64,000 bases of DNA from Escherichia phage vB_EcoM_KAW1E185, in the sequence record NC_054922.1; one strand, 5' to 3'. Both the position numbers and the translations under genes were made by a program. This document shows positions 1 to 9,109 of the stretch, piece by piece (position 1 is the stretch's first letter; each line of letters opens with the position of its first letter). The notes below the pieces were generated by a model. That model saw only the letters and a list, made by a program, of their open reading frames with translations. It searched no databases and had not been told where the DNA came from.

Positions 1-1461
1 ACGCCAAGTAAATAAAAGAGCAATATCAATTCGTGCTTTTTCACCTTGACTGAATGAAGCATAACTAAAATCTTCACGACCACGGGATTTAATTGTCTCA
101 TTAAATTCTTCATCTAATGTAAACACATAATCCGCTTCCATTATTTTAAGATAATAGTTAATCTGCTTATTAAATAATGGAATGTACTTTTTAATAATAG
201 CACCTTTAATACCAGAATCTTTGAGCATATCAGTCAAAATTCCTCGGTGGTATTTTTCCATTACTAAATTAGTTTTTGTCTTAACAATTTTATCAAGTTC
301 TTCTTGAAGCAGTGCTATTTCATCAGCATGGTCAATAAACTCAGAAGATGCTTTTTCTATAGCCGCTTTAACTTTTTTAGCTTTATCTACCGTCGTGATT
401 AGAGATTGCTTTTTATTGCGAATATCATTTGCCAACGACTGCTGGGTTTTAATATTATCTCGGTATTCATCAACAAGAACTTTTAAATTATCACGATGTG
501 TTGAAAGCTGTTCAAACGAATGCGTGCATTCAGAAACTTTATCTTTAATTTTAGAAACAACTTTATCACCGGAACTTAATTGTGACAAACAGGTTGGACA
601 TAATCCACCTTCGTGATACATATTAATGACTTTATTATATGAGTCAATTTTTGATTTAATTAAAACTGCTTCTTGACCGATTTTATTAAATGCATCAGTC
701 GGGTCTTCATCCAAAACAATATTAACTAATCTTTCATTAGCTTCTTCTATTTCCGATTTTAGCGTTCTAGCTTCTTTTGCCAAATCATCGTACATATTTT
801 GCAGACGAGTAAGGTTGTCACCCGTTAATTTTTTCTGGCGTTCAACGTTATCATTATATATTTTAATTTGTTGGATAATACTATCTTTTTTAACATCAAG
901 CACTTGGTTCTGCGAATTTAATTCACGTATTAGTGCTTTATTAAGCTTATCCATTTCAGCTAATGTTCCTACCTCGAGCAGGTCTTCCACAAGCTTTCTT
1001 CGCGCAGGGGTCGACAAACCCATGAAAGGGGTATACCCTGCTGTACCAAGGACAACAATCTGCTTGAAACTGGCATATGACATTCCGATAAGCTGTTCAA
1101 ATTCTGCTTGGAAATCTTTACTGCTGGCAGATTCATTAAGACGTGTACCGTTAACGGTGATTTCGAAAACGTTTGGTTTTTGTCCTCTTTTGATATAGTA
1201 TTTTTTCTCATCATATTCCATCCACAGTTCAACTAAAAGTTCTTTCTTATTTGTGCTGTTTATTAATTGACCTTTCTTTACATCACGAAATGGCTTACCA
1301 AAAAGCCCAAATGTGATGGCTTCTAGCATAGTAGACTTACCACCGCCATTTCGGCCAGTAATAAGAGTTTTTTGAACCTTATCTAATTGAATGTCAATAG
1401 GATTTCCACCTACTGACATTATATTTTGATACCTAACTCGGTTTAGTTTAAAATTCTTCAC
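1..1461 (-). CDS. 46: Recombination endonuclease subunit gp46 (SbcC/Rad50-like ATPase), partial: N-terminal ~487 codons, C-terminus beyond window start
   Basis: Own reverse translation gives VKNFKLNRV...GRNGGGKST (Walker A); apparent GTG start at 1461 overlaps stop of upstream ORF (GTGA); ORF runs off window so absent from ORF track. Confidence 0.85.
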   Translation of the reverse strand, partial: MKNFKLNRVRYQNIMSVGGNPIDIQLDKVQKTLITGRNGGGKSTMLEAITFGLFGKPFRDVKKGQLINSTNKKELLVELWMEYDEKKYYIKRGQKPNVFEITVNGTRLNESASSKDFQAEFEQLIGMSYASFKQIVVLGTAGYTPFMGLSTPARRKLVEDLLEVGTLAEMDKLNKALIRELNSQNQVLDVKKDSIIQQIKIYNDNVERQKKLTGDNLTRLQNMYDDLAKEARTLKSEIEEANERLVNIVLDEDPTDAFNKIGQEAVLIKSKIDSYNKVINMYHEGGLCPTCLSQLSSGDKVVSKIKDKVSECTHSFEQLSTHRDNLKVLVDEYRDNIKTQQSLANDIRNKKQSLITTVDKAKKVKAAIEKASSEFIDHADEIALLQEELDKIVKTKTNLVMEKYHRGILTDMLKDSGIKGAIIKKYIPLFNKQINYYLKIMEADYVFTLDEEFNETIKSRGREDFSYASFSQGEKARIDIALLFTWR

Positions 1462-1721
1462 AAAAGATTCCTTTTAATGTATCTTTTAGACCATTCTATC
1501 ATATCATCATAATCTAAAAAGTATTCATCAAATTCAGCCATGCAAACAACACCTTGTGCTGTTTTTGATGTAATATAAATTATTCCAACATATCTAGAAT
1601 CTTCTTCGGTATAATCAATATTTGCTATGAATTCATCATTAATGTCAAATGTCGAAAACTTCACAGTATGCATCCTTAATACAAGATACAGCCATATCTC
1701 GCAATGATTTAGGTGTGTCAT
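1458..1721 (-). CDS. Hypothetical small protein (87 aa) between genes 47 and 46
   Basis: ORF track; stop overlaps gp46 GTG start; overlaps upstream ORF by 77 nt so true start may be internal. Confidence 0.4.
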   Translation of the reverse strand: MTHLNHCEIWLYLVLRMHTVKFSTFDINDEFIANIDYTEEDSRYVGIIYITSKTAQGVVCMAEFDEYFLDYDDMIEWSKRYIKRNLL

Positions 1722-1908
1722 TATCTAAAATGTTGAAGTTAAAAGATACAGCCCAGTCAGTGCAGACCGTAACCTTTTTAATACAATTATCTTCAACCTC
1801 TAGCGGTTCAAACCAGTATTCAATAATTTCTTTATGCCCAATATCATCTTTTACTTCGCATTCAAAATGCTGACTCATCATAACATTTTTAAATTCATCA
1901 AAAGTCAT
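1645..1908 (-). CDS. Hypothetical small protein (87 aa)
   Basis: ORF track; ATG overlaps gp47 stop (ATGA coupling). Confidence 0.45.
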   Translation of the reverse strand: MTFDEFKNVMMSQHFECEVKDDIGHKEIIEYWFEPLEVEDNCIKKVTVCTDWAVSFNFNILDNDTPKSLRDMAVSCIKDAYCEVFDI

Positions 1909-2924
1909 TGTGTTGCCTCTACATATAACTGATTTGCATATTGAATAAGTGCTTCACGGTCAGAATCAGTGATGTCTGGAATTGCATTAATATACTCTTC
2001 CATTAATGTCTGAAGCGATTGAACTTCAACTTCTTCACTGTCATCTGACTCGACAGAGTTATCAATCTTTGACACAACTCGTAATGAATGCACAACTTTT
2101 TCTAGTTCAGATTCGAACTTCGTTAGATTTTTATCTACTTCAGTTACTATAACACGTACTGATAGATTTGTAAAATCTTTATAGTCAATTTTTCCTTTAA
2201 ATGGATAATGAATTCTACGATGCCAGGTAGTATTGTTTGGAATAAATTCCATTCGTTCTGTTTCTGTATCAAACATCCAGAACCCACGAGGGTCATTCTC
2301 GTCACCTGCAGTTAGTGTCCATGGTGTCCCAATATATCTGACGTTAGCAGCCTCAGAGATAGTATGGAAGTGACCAGACCACACCTCTTTATAAGTCTTA
2401 AGGAAATCAGGTTCAAGACCGTGAGATTTCATTCCTTTATAAAAATAAAATCCATTCAGCTCCCAGTGACCAACACAAAAAGAAGCAGATGAAGTTTTGA
2501 TGTGTTCAAGAATTTCACCAGTATTTTCTTCACACATCCAAGGAATTAAATCAATCAAACATCCGTCAAAATCTACTGTAGTAGGCTTATCATATACTTT
2601 AACATTATGATATTTAGCCAAAAGCTCAGTAGAGGCATTTGGAGTTAAAGTATTTTTAAAGTGCATATCATGGTTTCCTACAACAGTATGTAGGGTAATA
2701 CCAGCATCATCAAGCATTTGAACTATTTCACGAGCGAACTCCATAGTTTTATGCGTGATTGCTTTTCGCACATCAAAAATATCGCCGTATTGAATCCATG
2801 TAGTAATTCCATTTTTCTTAGAATATTCTATTGCTTGTTTAATTCCATCCAACTGAATGGATTGAACCCACTCATCATCGGCTTTAACGCCTAAATGCCA
2901 ATCACCTAAATTTAAAATTTTCAT
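1905..2924 (-). CDS. 47: Recombination endonuclease subunit gp47 (Mre11/SbcD-like phosphoesterase)
   Basis: 339 aa; N-terminal LGDWHLG and GNHD metallophosphoesterase motifs; adjacent to gp46 and a-gt as in T4. Confidence 0.95.
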   Translation of the reverse strand: MKILNLGDWHLGVKADDEWVQSIQLDGIKQAIEYSKKNGITTWIQYGDIFDVRKAITHKTMEFAREIVQMLDDAGITLHTVVGNHDMHFKNTLTPNASTELLAKYHNVKVYDKPTTVDFDGCLIDLIPWMCEENTGEILEHIKTSSASFCVGHWELNGFYFYKGMKSHGLEPDFLKTYKEVWSGHFHTISEAANVRYIGTPWTLTAGDENDPRGFWMFDTETERMEFIPNNTTWHRRIHYPFKGKIDYKDFTNLSVRVIVTEVDKNLTKFESELEKVVHSLRVVSKIDNSVESDDSEEVEVQSLQTLMEEYINAIPDITDSDREALIQYANQLYVEATQ

Positions 2925-3084
2925 ATATCAAGAACCGTCATTGAAATGCAAAATAAAATTATTGAAATAAATCCATCTGGAGTGCTAAAGAACCCAATCC
3001 AACATGCTCTAGTGAATAGATAAAATGCAAGAAAAAGTATCACATATCCAAGAAATATCATTATATCAAACTCCGTATAAAGCT

Positions 3085-3103
3085 AAAGGGCCGAAGCCCT
3101 TTA
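3085..3103 (-). terminator. Stem-loop with UUCG tetraloop overlapping a-gt stop codon
   Basis: Minus strand AAAGGGC-UUCG-GCCCUUU; weak U-rich tail. Confidence 0.4.
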
Positions 3104-4303
3104 TTTTGTAATAATGTCAAACTGTTCTTTAAAGCAGAAGCTTGAATCTTGATGCTGATACAAAAATTCATATGCTTTTTCACGCTCACGGTCATAAAGA
3201 GCTCGGTCAGATGACAGTTCTTTAATACGTTCAAATGTTGATTCCATATCATTTTCATCAAACCAAATGATACCGCTATCATGCGAGGTCAAAGGAGTAT
3301 TATCAACACGGAATTTTAAATTTTCGCCAGTAGATTTCCAAAATACCGGAATTGTTCCACATGCACCAAGCTCGAGATGAGTATATTCTAAAGAGCGCTG
3401 TAGATATTTTTTATCCAACTTACTCAACTGATAACCAAATCCGGATTTACTCATACGTTCAAGCATTTCGTTATTTACATAACGATCGAGAATTTGCGTT
3501 GGTAAATTAGGAGCAATTTTAATTTGGTCTACTTGATGAAGACGATAATACTCGTATGGAATTCCTTTTTCTTTAATAGGAATGAACGCTGGAGAACGTT
3601 CCAGACCTTCCATAATAGTACTTAGTCCTGCAGGTTTAAGATGTTTTTCATGAAAATCAAACATCTGATAAAAACCTTTCCATGTAGTCGTACGACCAAT
3701 CCAACGGTTGATATTCATGTTAATTTCAGAAACATCTTTCCAGTAGGTTGACCGAACCTTCGCAATATCCATAGGAGGCTGAAAGTTATATACTGTCGGT
3801 GCTTCTTCAATATCATCAAACAGAGAAACTGTTTCAGGATACCATTCTTTCATCAGAACTTTATTAAAATCACCATTATCAGAATGGCTAAAAATAACAT
3901 CAGCTCGACGAACAGTTTCTTCTAATCCCAAATTTCGGCGCAAAGAAAGAGAAGAATGGTCATGTTGATAAACTACAACACGAACAGAAGGTTTAATGTT
4001 ATCAATAATTTTTTTATAGTTATTAATAGTGTCTTCTTCAACCGAAGTAGCAGGAACTGAATTGATAATTAGAATATCACAATCATTTACCAGCTTAAGT
4101 GTTTTATCGTATTCTTTTGCCAATAAAACCGGAATTGAAAATGATTTATAATCATGTGCACAGTTACGAGTAAATGATTTATCTTTAGCATAAACCAAAG
4201 TTACTTCATGACCATTTTTAATAAACCAATCACGTTGCTCGAGCGAGAATTTTGTTACACCACAACCTTCAAGACCTCGAGCCATAAAAATACATACTTT
4301 CAT
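3101..4303 (-). CDS. a-gt: DNA alpha-glucosyltransferase
   Basis: 400 aa, same length as T4 a-gt; position between 47 and 55. Confidence 0.85.
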   Translation of the reverse strand: MKVCIFMARGLEGCGVTKFSLEQRDWFIKNGHEVTLVYAKDKSFTRNCAHDYKSFSIPVLLAKEYDKTLKLVNDCDILIINSVPATSVEEDTINNYKKIIDNIKPSVRVVVYQHDHSSLSLRRNLGLEETVRRADVIFSHSDNGDFNKVLMKEWYPETVSLFDDIEEAPTVYNFQPPMDIAKVRSTYWKDVSEINMNINRWIGRTTTWKGFYQMFDFHEKHLKPAGLSTIMEGLERSPAFIPIKEKGIPYEYYRLHQVDQIKIAPNLPTQILDRYVNNEMLERMSKSGFGYQLSKLDKKYLQRSLEYTHLELGACGTIPVFWKSTGENLKFRVDNTPLTSHDSGIIWFDENDMESTFERIKELSSDRALYDREREKAYEFLYQHQDSSFCFKEQFDIITK

Positions 4304-4340
4304 TTAATATCCTCATTGTTTTGGTTTATTTTACCAAAAA

Positions 4341-4372
4341 TTTATAAAGCAATATAGGAGCCGAAGCTCCTA
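4341..4372 (-). terminator. Intrinsic terminator-like hairpin (UUCG loop) with U-rich tail
   Basis: Minus strand UAGGAGC-UUCG-GCUCCUA followed by UAUUGCUUUAUAAA. Confidence 0.5.
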
Positions 4373-4543
4373 TCCGCATAATACGCCATACAAAGGCTCG
4401 TTAGAACTTTTAAATTTTATGCGCTTATATTTTATAGTTCCTTCTGCTTTAGCTTTATCATGAGACGCTTTAAAGAGTCTCATCATTTCCTCTTTAGAGG
4501 AACGAATTTTATTATAATCTATTTCAGAAGTCTGGGTGTTCAT
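4370..4543 (-). CDS. Hypothetical small ORF (57 aa), below ORF-track size cutoff
   Basis: Own translation MNTQTSEIDYNK...; ends at the hairpin. Confidence 0.3.
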   Translation of the reverse strand: MNTQTSEIDYNKIRSSKEEMMRLFKASHDKAKAEGTIKYKRIKFKSSNEPLYGVLCG

Positions 4544-4546
4544 CTT

Positions 4547-4753
4547 TCATAACTGCCACCATTTTTTGACTTGATAAGAATCAACCCACACTTTCATATT
4601 AGGGTCTGCTCTTACAATAGGAGGATTAACTTCTTTAATTGAACTATCATGGTATTCTTTTTCAGAAATTTTCACACAAAGATGACCATTCAAAGATTCA
4701 GTAAATCCTGCATTAATTTTAAGACGCTTGAATTTTACGTGTGTAAGCATCAA
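4547..4753 (-). CDS. Hypothetical protein (68 aa)
   Basis: ORF track; same strand as flanking early genes. Confidence 0.4.
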   Translation of the reverse strand: MMLTHVKFKRLKINAGFTESLNGHLCVKISEKEYHDSSIKEVNPPIVRADPNMKVWVDSYQVKKWWQL

Positions 4754-5036
4754 TCATATCCTCAATCTGCGATCTAGTAGTCTTCCAAAGAATACTGATG
4801 AGTTCATCGTTATATGGCTGTTTTAGAATATCCCGACTTTTCTTGATAGCATATTCGTATTGAGCAAAATTATTATTTTCAGCTGCGATCTGAGCGTGCT
4901 TATAAAGACGATTCAGTTCGCGTTTATTTTTAGACAATAACTTATTTGCTTTTCTTTCTGCTTCAAGACGGTTCTTTTCTTCAATAGAAGAAATAAGCTT
5001 TTCCACTTCATCATTAATTTCGGGTTTATCAGTCAT
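4719..5036 (-). CDS. Hypothetical protein (105 aa)
   Basis: ORF track; co-oriented, tightly packed. Confidence 0.5.
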   Translation of the reverse strand: MTDKPEINDEVEKLISSIEEKNRLEAERKANKLLSKNKRELNRLYKHAQIAAENNNFAQYEYAIKKSRDILKQPYNDELISILWKTTRSQIEDMIDAYTRKIQAS

Positions 5037-5037
5037 A

Positions 5038-5256
5038 TTATTTCTCTAATATAAAATAAAAATCATCATCTGTTAAATGATACCTGTAATTTAATTCTAC
5101 ACCATTAGATTTAAAAGCGGTATCATACGGATTTTCTGGATCAATATCAATGTCAAGAGCTAAAACTTCCCTGAGATACATTTTAAGTAAATAGGGAATA
5201 GCTTCAACTTCAGGTATTTCTTCCAAGAATCCGGAGAGGTTAATCGTTAGCCTCAT
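5038..5256 (-). CDS. Hypothetical protein (72 aa)
   Basis: ORF track; start overlaps 3' end of gene 55. Confidence 0.45.
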
Positions 5257-5803
5257 ATAAAAAATCCAAACTAGGAGAATCGTCTACAACACTTTTCTTT
5301 TCAGCCCCCGGTGTTCTATAGGTTGATTCTTCGTAATGCGTCATTTTATCGTAGATGTCTTGAATAAAAGTTTCATCTACTAACGCAACCATATCGTCGT
5401 CACGACTGTCATAGACATTGTGAACGAAGTAACTATATTTCTTTGCAACTTCCTTACGTTCTTTTTTAATACGCTGGACGAATGCATTAAAACAAGCTTG
5501 AGTTATATACGCATGTGGGTTTTTATATTTCGTTTCATCAAAATTATGAAGCCCCTTAATAGAAGCTTCTATACCATCTGCAATCATTTCTTGTTTCCAA
5601 GACTGGGTGTATCCTGAAAAGTTGAAACGTTTAGATAAGCCTTCTGCAATAAGCATAATGGCTAATCCAATAGTATCATTTTGACGAACTACTTTATTTG
5701 GGTCTTTATTATTTGCTAATTCTGTTTTCCAATCAATAATAGCTTGTAAAAGCTCTTTATTGTTTACGTAATTATATTTAGGCTTAGTTTCTGACATTTT
5801 CAC
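5240..5803 (-). CDS. 55: Late-transcription sigma factor gp55
   Basis: 187 aa beginning [26 protein letters not shown]; recognised as T4 gp55 from memory. Confidence 0.9.
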
Positions 5804-5871
5804 CTCTTAGCTCAATTCATAGATCTATTATATCATAATATTTGAAGATCTATCTTAAAGCATAGAGGATA

Positions 5872-6144
5872 TCAGTTATCTAAGTAAACAGTATGCTTGG
5901 AATACTTTTCCATCATCTTTTTAAATTCATGAATATCTATATAATGACTAGTTAAATCAGCATGATATAAAAAGTCTAAAAACTTTTCATGTGTACTAAC
6001 ATATTCACTTTCATTTAATTCAGAAACATGACTTTCCCAATATCCAACACCAGTTTTATTTGGGAAAAATGAAATTTTCATGTATTGGTCAACATAGAAA
6101 ATGCCATAATTTTCAATAGTAATAGAAATATTAATAAATTTCAT
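5872..6144 (-). CDS. Hypothetical protein (90 aa)
   Basis: ORF track. Confidence 0.45.
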   Translation of the reverse strand: MKFINISITIENYGIFYVDQYMKISFFPNKTGVGYWESHVSELNESEYVSTHEKFLDFLYHADLTSHYIDIHEFKKMMEKYSKHTVYLDN

Positions 6145-6356
6145 ACATTCATCAACTTAGCCGCTTCAAGAGCTGCATCTAGTGAATCAAATTGGTCAAC
6201 ATATTCAATCAATTCGCCATAATTGGCATATAACCACCATTGGCTAAATTCATACTCAAGGATGAATCCATTTCCTTCAATTTGAGTTAAACCATTGCCG
6301 TTTGTATTTACTTCATATCCGGCAAGACGCAAATCGTTAATAAGAGCTTCGTTCAT
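6141..6356 (-). CDS. Hypothetical protein (71 aa)
   Basis: ORF track; 4-nt overlap with neighbour. Confidence 0.45.
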   Translation of the reverse strand: MNEALINDLRLAGYEVNTNGNGLTQIEGNGFILEYEFSQWWLYANYGELIEYVDQFDSLDAALEAAKLMNV

Positions 6357-6358
6357 AA

Positions 6359-6685
6359 TTATACCTTAGTAATTTTCAGGTCTGCAAATTTTTTCTTGCG
6401 TTGATTTTTCATGCGACGAATAGTTTTATCGGAAATTTCATGCTTTTGATAAGCTTTAGATTCTACACCAAAAGCTTTAACATCAAATTCTGACAAGATA
6501 TATTGAACCAACAATTCACGGACAGTATTGCGTCCAATCTTCTGATCATTCTGTTTCATCGTCTGATGAAGCTCTTTTTCCCATTTATCCAAAATTTGAG
6601 GAGTTACAATATCGCCTTTTTCTAGCAAAGAAACTACTTTATCATATGCGTAAGAATTAATGACGTTTTTAATTTGAATAGTCAT
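6359..6685 (-). CDS. Hypothetical protein (108 aa)
   Basis: ORF track. Confidence 0.5.
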   Translation of the reverse strand: MTIQIKNVINSYAYDKVVSLLEKGDIVTPQILDKWEKELHQTMKQNDQKIGRNTVRELLVQYILSEFDVKAFGVESKAYQKHEISDKTIRRMKNQRKKKFADLKITKV

Positions 6686-6716
6686 ACATTATCCTCAATT
6701 ACGTTAAAATTTTATT

Positions 6717-6738
6717 ATCCAAAAAGGGCCGAAGCCCT
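6717..6738 (-). terminator. Intrinsic terminator (UUCG-loop hairpin plus U-tract)
   Basis: Minus strand AAGGGC-UUCG-GCCCUU then UUUUGG. Confidence 0.55.
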
Positions 6739-6938
6739 TAGCTAAACTTTTTGGCACCCTTCCAGCCTTCATACATCATTGCGGCTGATATTAATATTGC
6801 TCCTGAGCAACTTGAATATTTGTGATTCCAAAACCAGTTTAGAAAAACTTCATCATCAATACCTTGGGCTATCATATTTTCAAAGAACTGACGACGAGAT
6901 TCGGCAATTCGTTGTGATAATTTAGATTCAGGATTCAT
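6738..6938 (-). CDS. Hypothetical protein (66 aa)
   Basis: ORF track. Confidence 0.4.
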   Translation of the reverse strand: MNPESKLSQRIAESRRQFFENMIAQGIDDEVFLNWFWNHKYSSCSGAILISAAMMYEGWKGAKKFS

Positions 6939-7070
6939 TTAAATTTTCCAGTTACCGTTTTCATCAATAAATTTAATCCAGTCATTTACTGACCACTTAG
7001 TTGTATCACCTTTTGGAGTAACATTTAAAGTGTATAACCCCTGCTTAAAAAGCATTCGTTTGATATTCAT
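6939..7070 (-). CDS. Hypothetical small protein (43 aa from internal ATG; ORF track gives 6939-7154)
   Basis: Strong SD GAGGAAA 5 nt upstream of ATG at 7070; longer ORF would overlap the next gene by 77 nt. Confidence 0.35.
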   Translation of the reverse strand: MNIKRMLFKQGLYTLNVTPKGDTTKWSVNDWIKFIDENGNWKI

Positions 7071-7077
7071 AATTTCC

Positions 7078-7371
7078 TCAGCTGTAACGATAACACTCGT
7101 TTGATTTACGTTTAGCAACTCGTTGAGAAGTATTATAATCAAAATCATCATCAATGTAAACAGATTTTTTCAACTTTCTTACTTCACCACGTAATTGACG
7201 ATTTAACTCATCTTTAACTTCTGAATCAATGCCTTTCATTCTACGCCATTTATCTGAGCGAAAAATGTTTTCAACCATATCTTTATGACTTACACCATCA
7301 GGAGCTTTACGCTTTCCAAAATAGTCATAATCACGAACTTTTAAGTCTTTACGACGATACGTTTTACCCAT
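7078..7371 (-). CDS. Hypothetical basic protein (97 aa; start MGKTYRRKDLK)
   Basis: SD AAGGAAA upstream of ATG at 7371; ORF track 7078-7416 begins at an unlikely upstream start. Confidence 0.5.
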   Translation of the reverse strand: MGKTYRRKDLKVRDYDYFGKRKAPDGVSHKDMVENIFRSDKWRRMKGIDSEVKDELNRQLRGEVRKLKKSVYIDDDFDYNTSQRVAKRKSNECYRYS

Positions 7372-7540
7372 GGAGTTTAATTTCCTTAGCAACTGAACTA
7401 AATACAGCACGATCACAAATCATACGTTTGTTCCATTTAATCACAGTATAATGAACATCTAGATCATCGACTGCTGTAACAATAACGATATGTCCGTTAA
7501 CACGATAATACTGGTCAATTTTAATCTCTTTATCAACCAT
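7364..7540 (-). CDS. Hypothetical small ORF (58 aa), below ORF-track cutoff
   Basis: Own translation MVDKEIKIDQYYRVNGH...; stop overlaps next start. Confidence 0.35.
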   Translation of the reverse strand: MVDKEIKIDQYYRVNGHIVIVTAVDDLDVHYTVIKWNKRMICDRAVFSSVAKEIKLHG

Positions 7541-7570
7541 ATCAATTCCTCAAAGGTAATTCATATGTTA

Positions 7571-7599
7571 ATAATACCATAGTTTGAACTTGTTGTAAA
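7571..7599 (-). promoter_or_regulatory. T4-type early promoter (sigma70-like)
   Basis: Minus strand GTTTACA - 17 nt - TATTAT. Confidence 0.6.
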
Positions 7600-7669
7600 C
7601 AACTTTGTGAAAAATATTTTAGGGAATGATAAGAAAGGAACGATAGCTTAGAATGGTAATATACAGAAT

Positions 7670-7695
7670 GTGAGAAAGAAAGGCCCAGAGGGCCC
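7670..7695 (-). terminator. Intrinsic terminator after nrdH-like gene
   Basis: Minus strand GGCCC-UCU-GGGCC followed by UUUCUUUCUC. Confidence 0.55.
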
Positions 7696-7698
7696 GTC

Positions 7699-8022
7699 TT
7701 AATCTTCTATGATATCTCTATCATATCCAAGTGAAATGAGAGTTTCTTTGAAGTGTTTAATGTTCTTTTGTCTAGAATCATTAATGAAAATGACTGGATA
7801 ACGAATGTTAAGAGATGTGAATCCAGCGCGTTTAGCAAGAGATACAATCAGCGGACGATCATACTCAATCTTACCATTATTTGTAAGAACTTTATAGAAA
7901 GTAAAAGGAGCATTGAGCTCCTTTAGAAGTTTTGTAACTGATTGACATCCAGGACAACGACCTACTTCATCTGGAATTCCATAGACTTCAATCTTATTCT
8001 TTAAGTTCGAGTTTTGTTCCAC
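7699..8022 (-). CDS. nrdH: Glutaredoxin-like NrdH-type redoxin (CPGC active site), probable GTG start
   Basis: EVYGIPDEVGRCPGCQ redoxin motif; SD AAGGAA upstream of GTG at 8022; ORF-track N-terminal extension overlaps the preceding gene. Confidence 0.6.
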   Translation of the reverse strand: MEQNSNLKNKIEVYGIPDEVGRCPGCQSVTKLLKELNAPFTFYKVLTNNGKIEYDRPLIVSLAKRAGFTSLNIRYPVIFINDSRQKNIKHFKETLISLGYDRDIIED

Positions 8023-8305
8023 GAGAAATAATTCCTTGGTAAGCCCAATAAGGAGGATTAACAGAATCCTCGCCAGAGTTTTCTTCAGGAAAATAAACCT
8101 GGATAACAAATCCAGATGCATCAAAGGTAAAATAAACCGTAGGCAGTTCACCTAACAATTCGGCACGAGCATTAATTTCTTCGAGATCTCGTTCACGTCC
8201 AGCCCAAAAACTAGGATTTAGACTACATTCGTAAAAATAATAGTCATTACCGAACATATCAAAACCCTTCCAACTCTCTACCACATACCGCTCAAAACTA
8301 ATCAT
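7994..8305 (-). CDS. Hypothetical protein (103 aa)
   Basis: ORF track. Confidence 0.45.
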   Translation of the reverse strand: MISFERYVVESWKGFDMFGNDYYFYECSLNPSFWAGRERDLEEINARAELLGELPTVYFTFDASGFVIQVYFPEENSGEDSVNPPYWAYQGIISRGTKLELKE

Positions 8306-8307
8306 AA

Positions 8308-8523
8308 TTAAGCCTTTTTATCAAGAACAGAATTCAGCTTGTTAGTAATTTTATCCAGACGCTCATTGAACTCACTAGAAGATAAGCCCTTTTCTGGAGA
8401 AATTAAACTAATCACGAAAAATACAACAATAAAAGGAATAAGAAAAATAGCTCCAACTGCCATAAACAGAAAGAACGTTACAGTTGTAAGAAAATCAGCT
8501 AAACCTTTACGAAATTTATACAT
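8308..8523 (-). CDS. Hypothetical small membrane protein (71 aa, one TM)
   Basis: Hydrophobic stretch TVTFFLFMAVGAIFLIPFIVVFFVISLI. Confidence 0.45.
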   Translation of the reverse strand: MYKFRKGLADFLTTVTFFLFMAVGAIFLIPFIVVFFVISLISPEKGLSSSEFNERLDKITNKLNSVLDKKA

Positions 8524-8638
8524 ATTTTACCCTTAATTGATTAACCAAGCATTGATAAGCACTAAACTATATTGCGAATAAAATTCTGGACCAAAATGAA
8601 AAATCATATCATTTATAGTGTCCATAATATAATTCAAT

Positions 8639-9109
8639 TTAATCATGTTTCCACACCCCATCGGTATTTGACCAAAGTCGCTGATTATCTGATCCTCGCC
8701 ACAGCTTTTTAGTCGGAAGATTTTTCTCATACTTCCCATCAATAATAACATCAACATATTTAAGCATTTCTAGTTGTTTAATATCTTCAAACTTATATCC
8801 TGTCCACAACCAAATGCTTTTATTGGGATAAAGATTTTTTACTGTTTGAACAATGCAATGAATAACATCTTGGTTATCAGGATAGAGAGGGTCACCTCCG
8901 GTTATAGTTAATCCTTCTATATAATCATTATTCAAACATTCAATTAATTGTTCTAGTGTTTCACCAGTGAATGGAATACCATTTCTAGCATTCCATGTTG
9001 ATTTATTATAACACCCTTCGCATTTATGCAAACAACCTGTAACGAAAAGAACGACCCTGCATCCAGGGCCATTCACAAAATCGCAAGGATAAAATCTATC
9101 ATAATTCAT
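8639..9109 (-). CDS. nrdG: Anaerobic ribonucleotide reductase activating protein (radical SAM)
   Basis: 156 aa; Cys cluster CLHKCEGCYN; upstream of nrdD. Confidence 0.9.
   Translation of the reverse strand: MNYDRFYPCDFVNGPGCRVVLFVTGCLHKCEGCYNKSTWNARNGIPFTGETLEQLIECLNNDYIEGLTITGGDPLYPDNQDVIHCIVQTVKNLYPNKSIWLWTGYKFEDIKQLEMLKYVDVIIDGKYEKNLPTKKLWRGSDNQRLWSNTDGVWKHD

Noticed and set aside
395-1232. ORF-track ORFs 395-616 (+), 815-1198 (+) and 969-1232 (-)
   Set aside because: They lie inside, antisense to or out of frame with gene 46, which has clear Walker A and coiled-coil signatures; low-complexity translations.
3061-3282. 73-aa minus-strand ORF overlapping the 3' end of a-gt
   Set aside because: Out-of-frame overlap with a confidently called gene; its start lies within the terminator hairpin.
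8533-8757. 74-aa minus ORF overlapping the nrdG 5' end
   Set aside because: Overlaps nrdG by ~119 nt in another frame; at most a short downstream-initiated peptide could be real.
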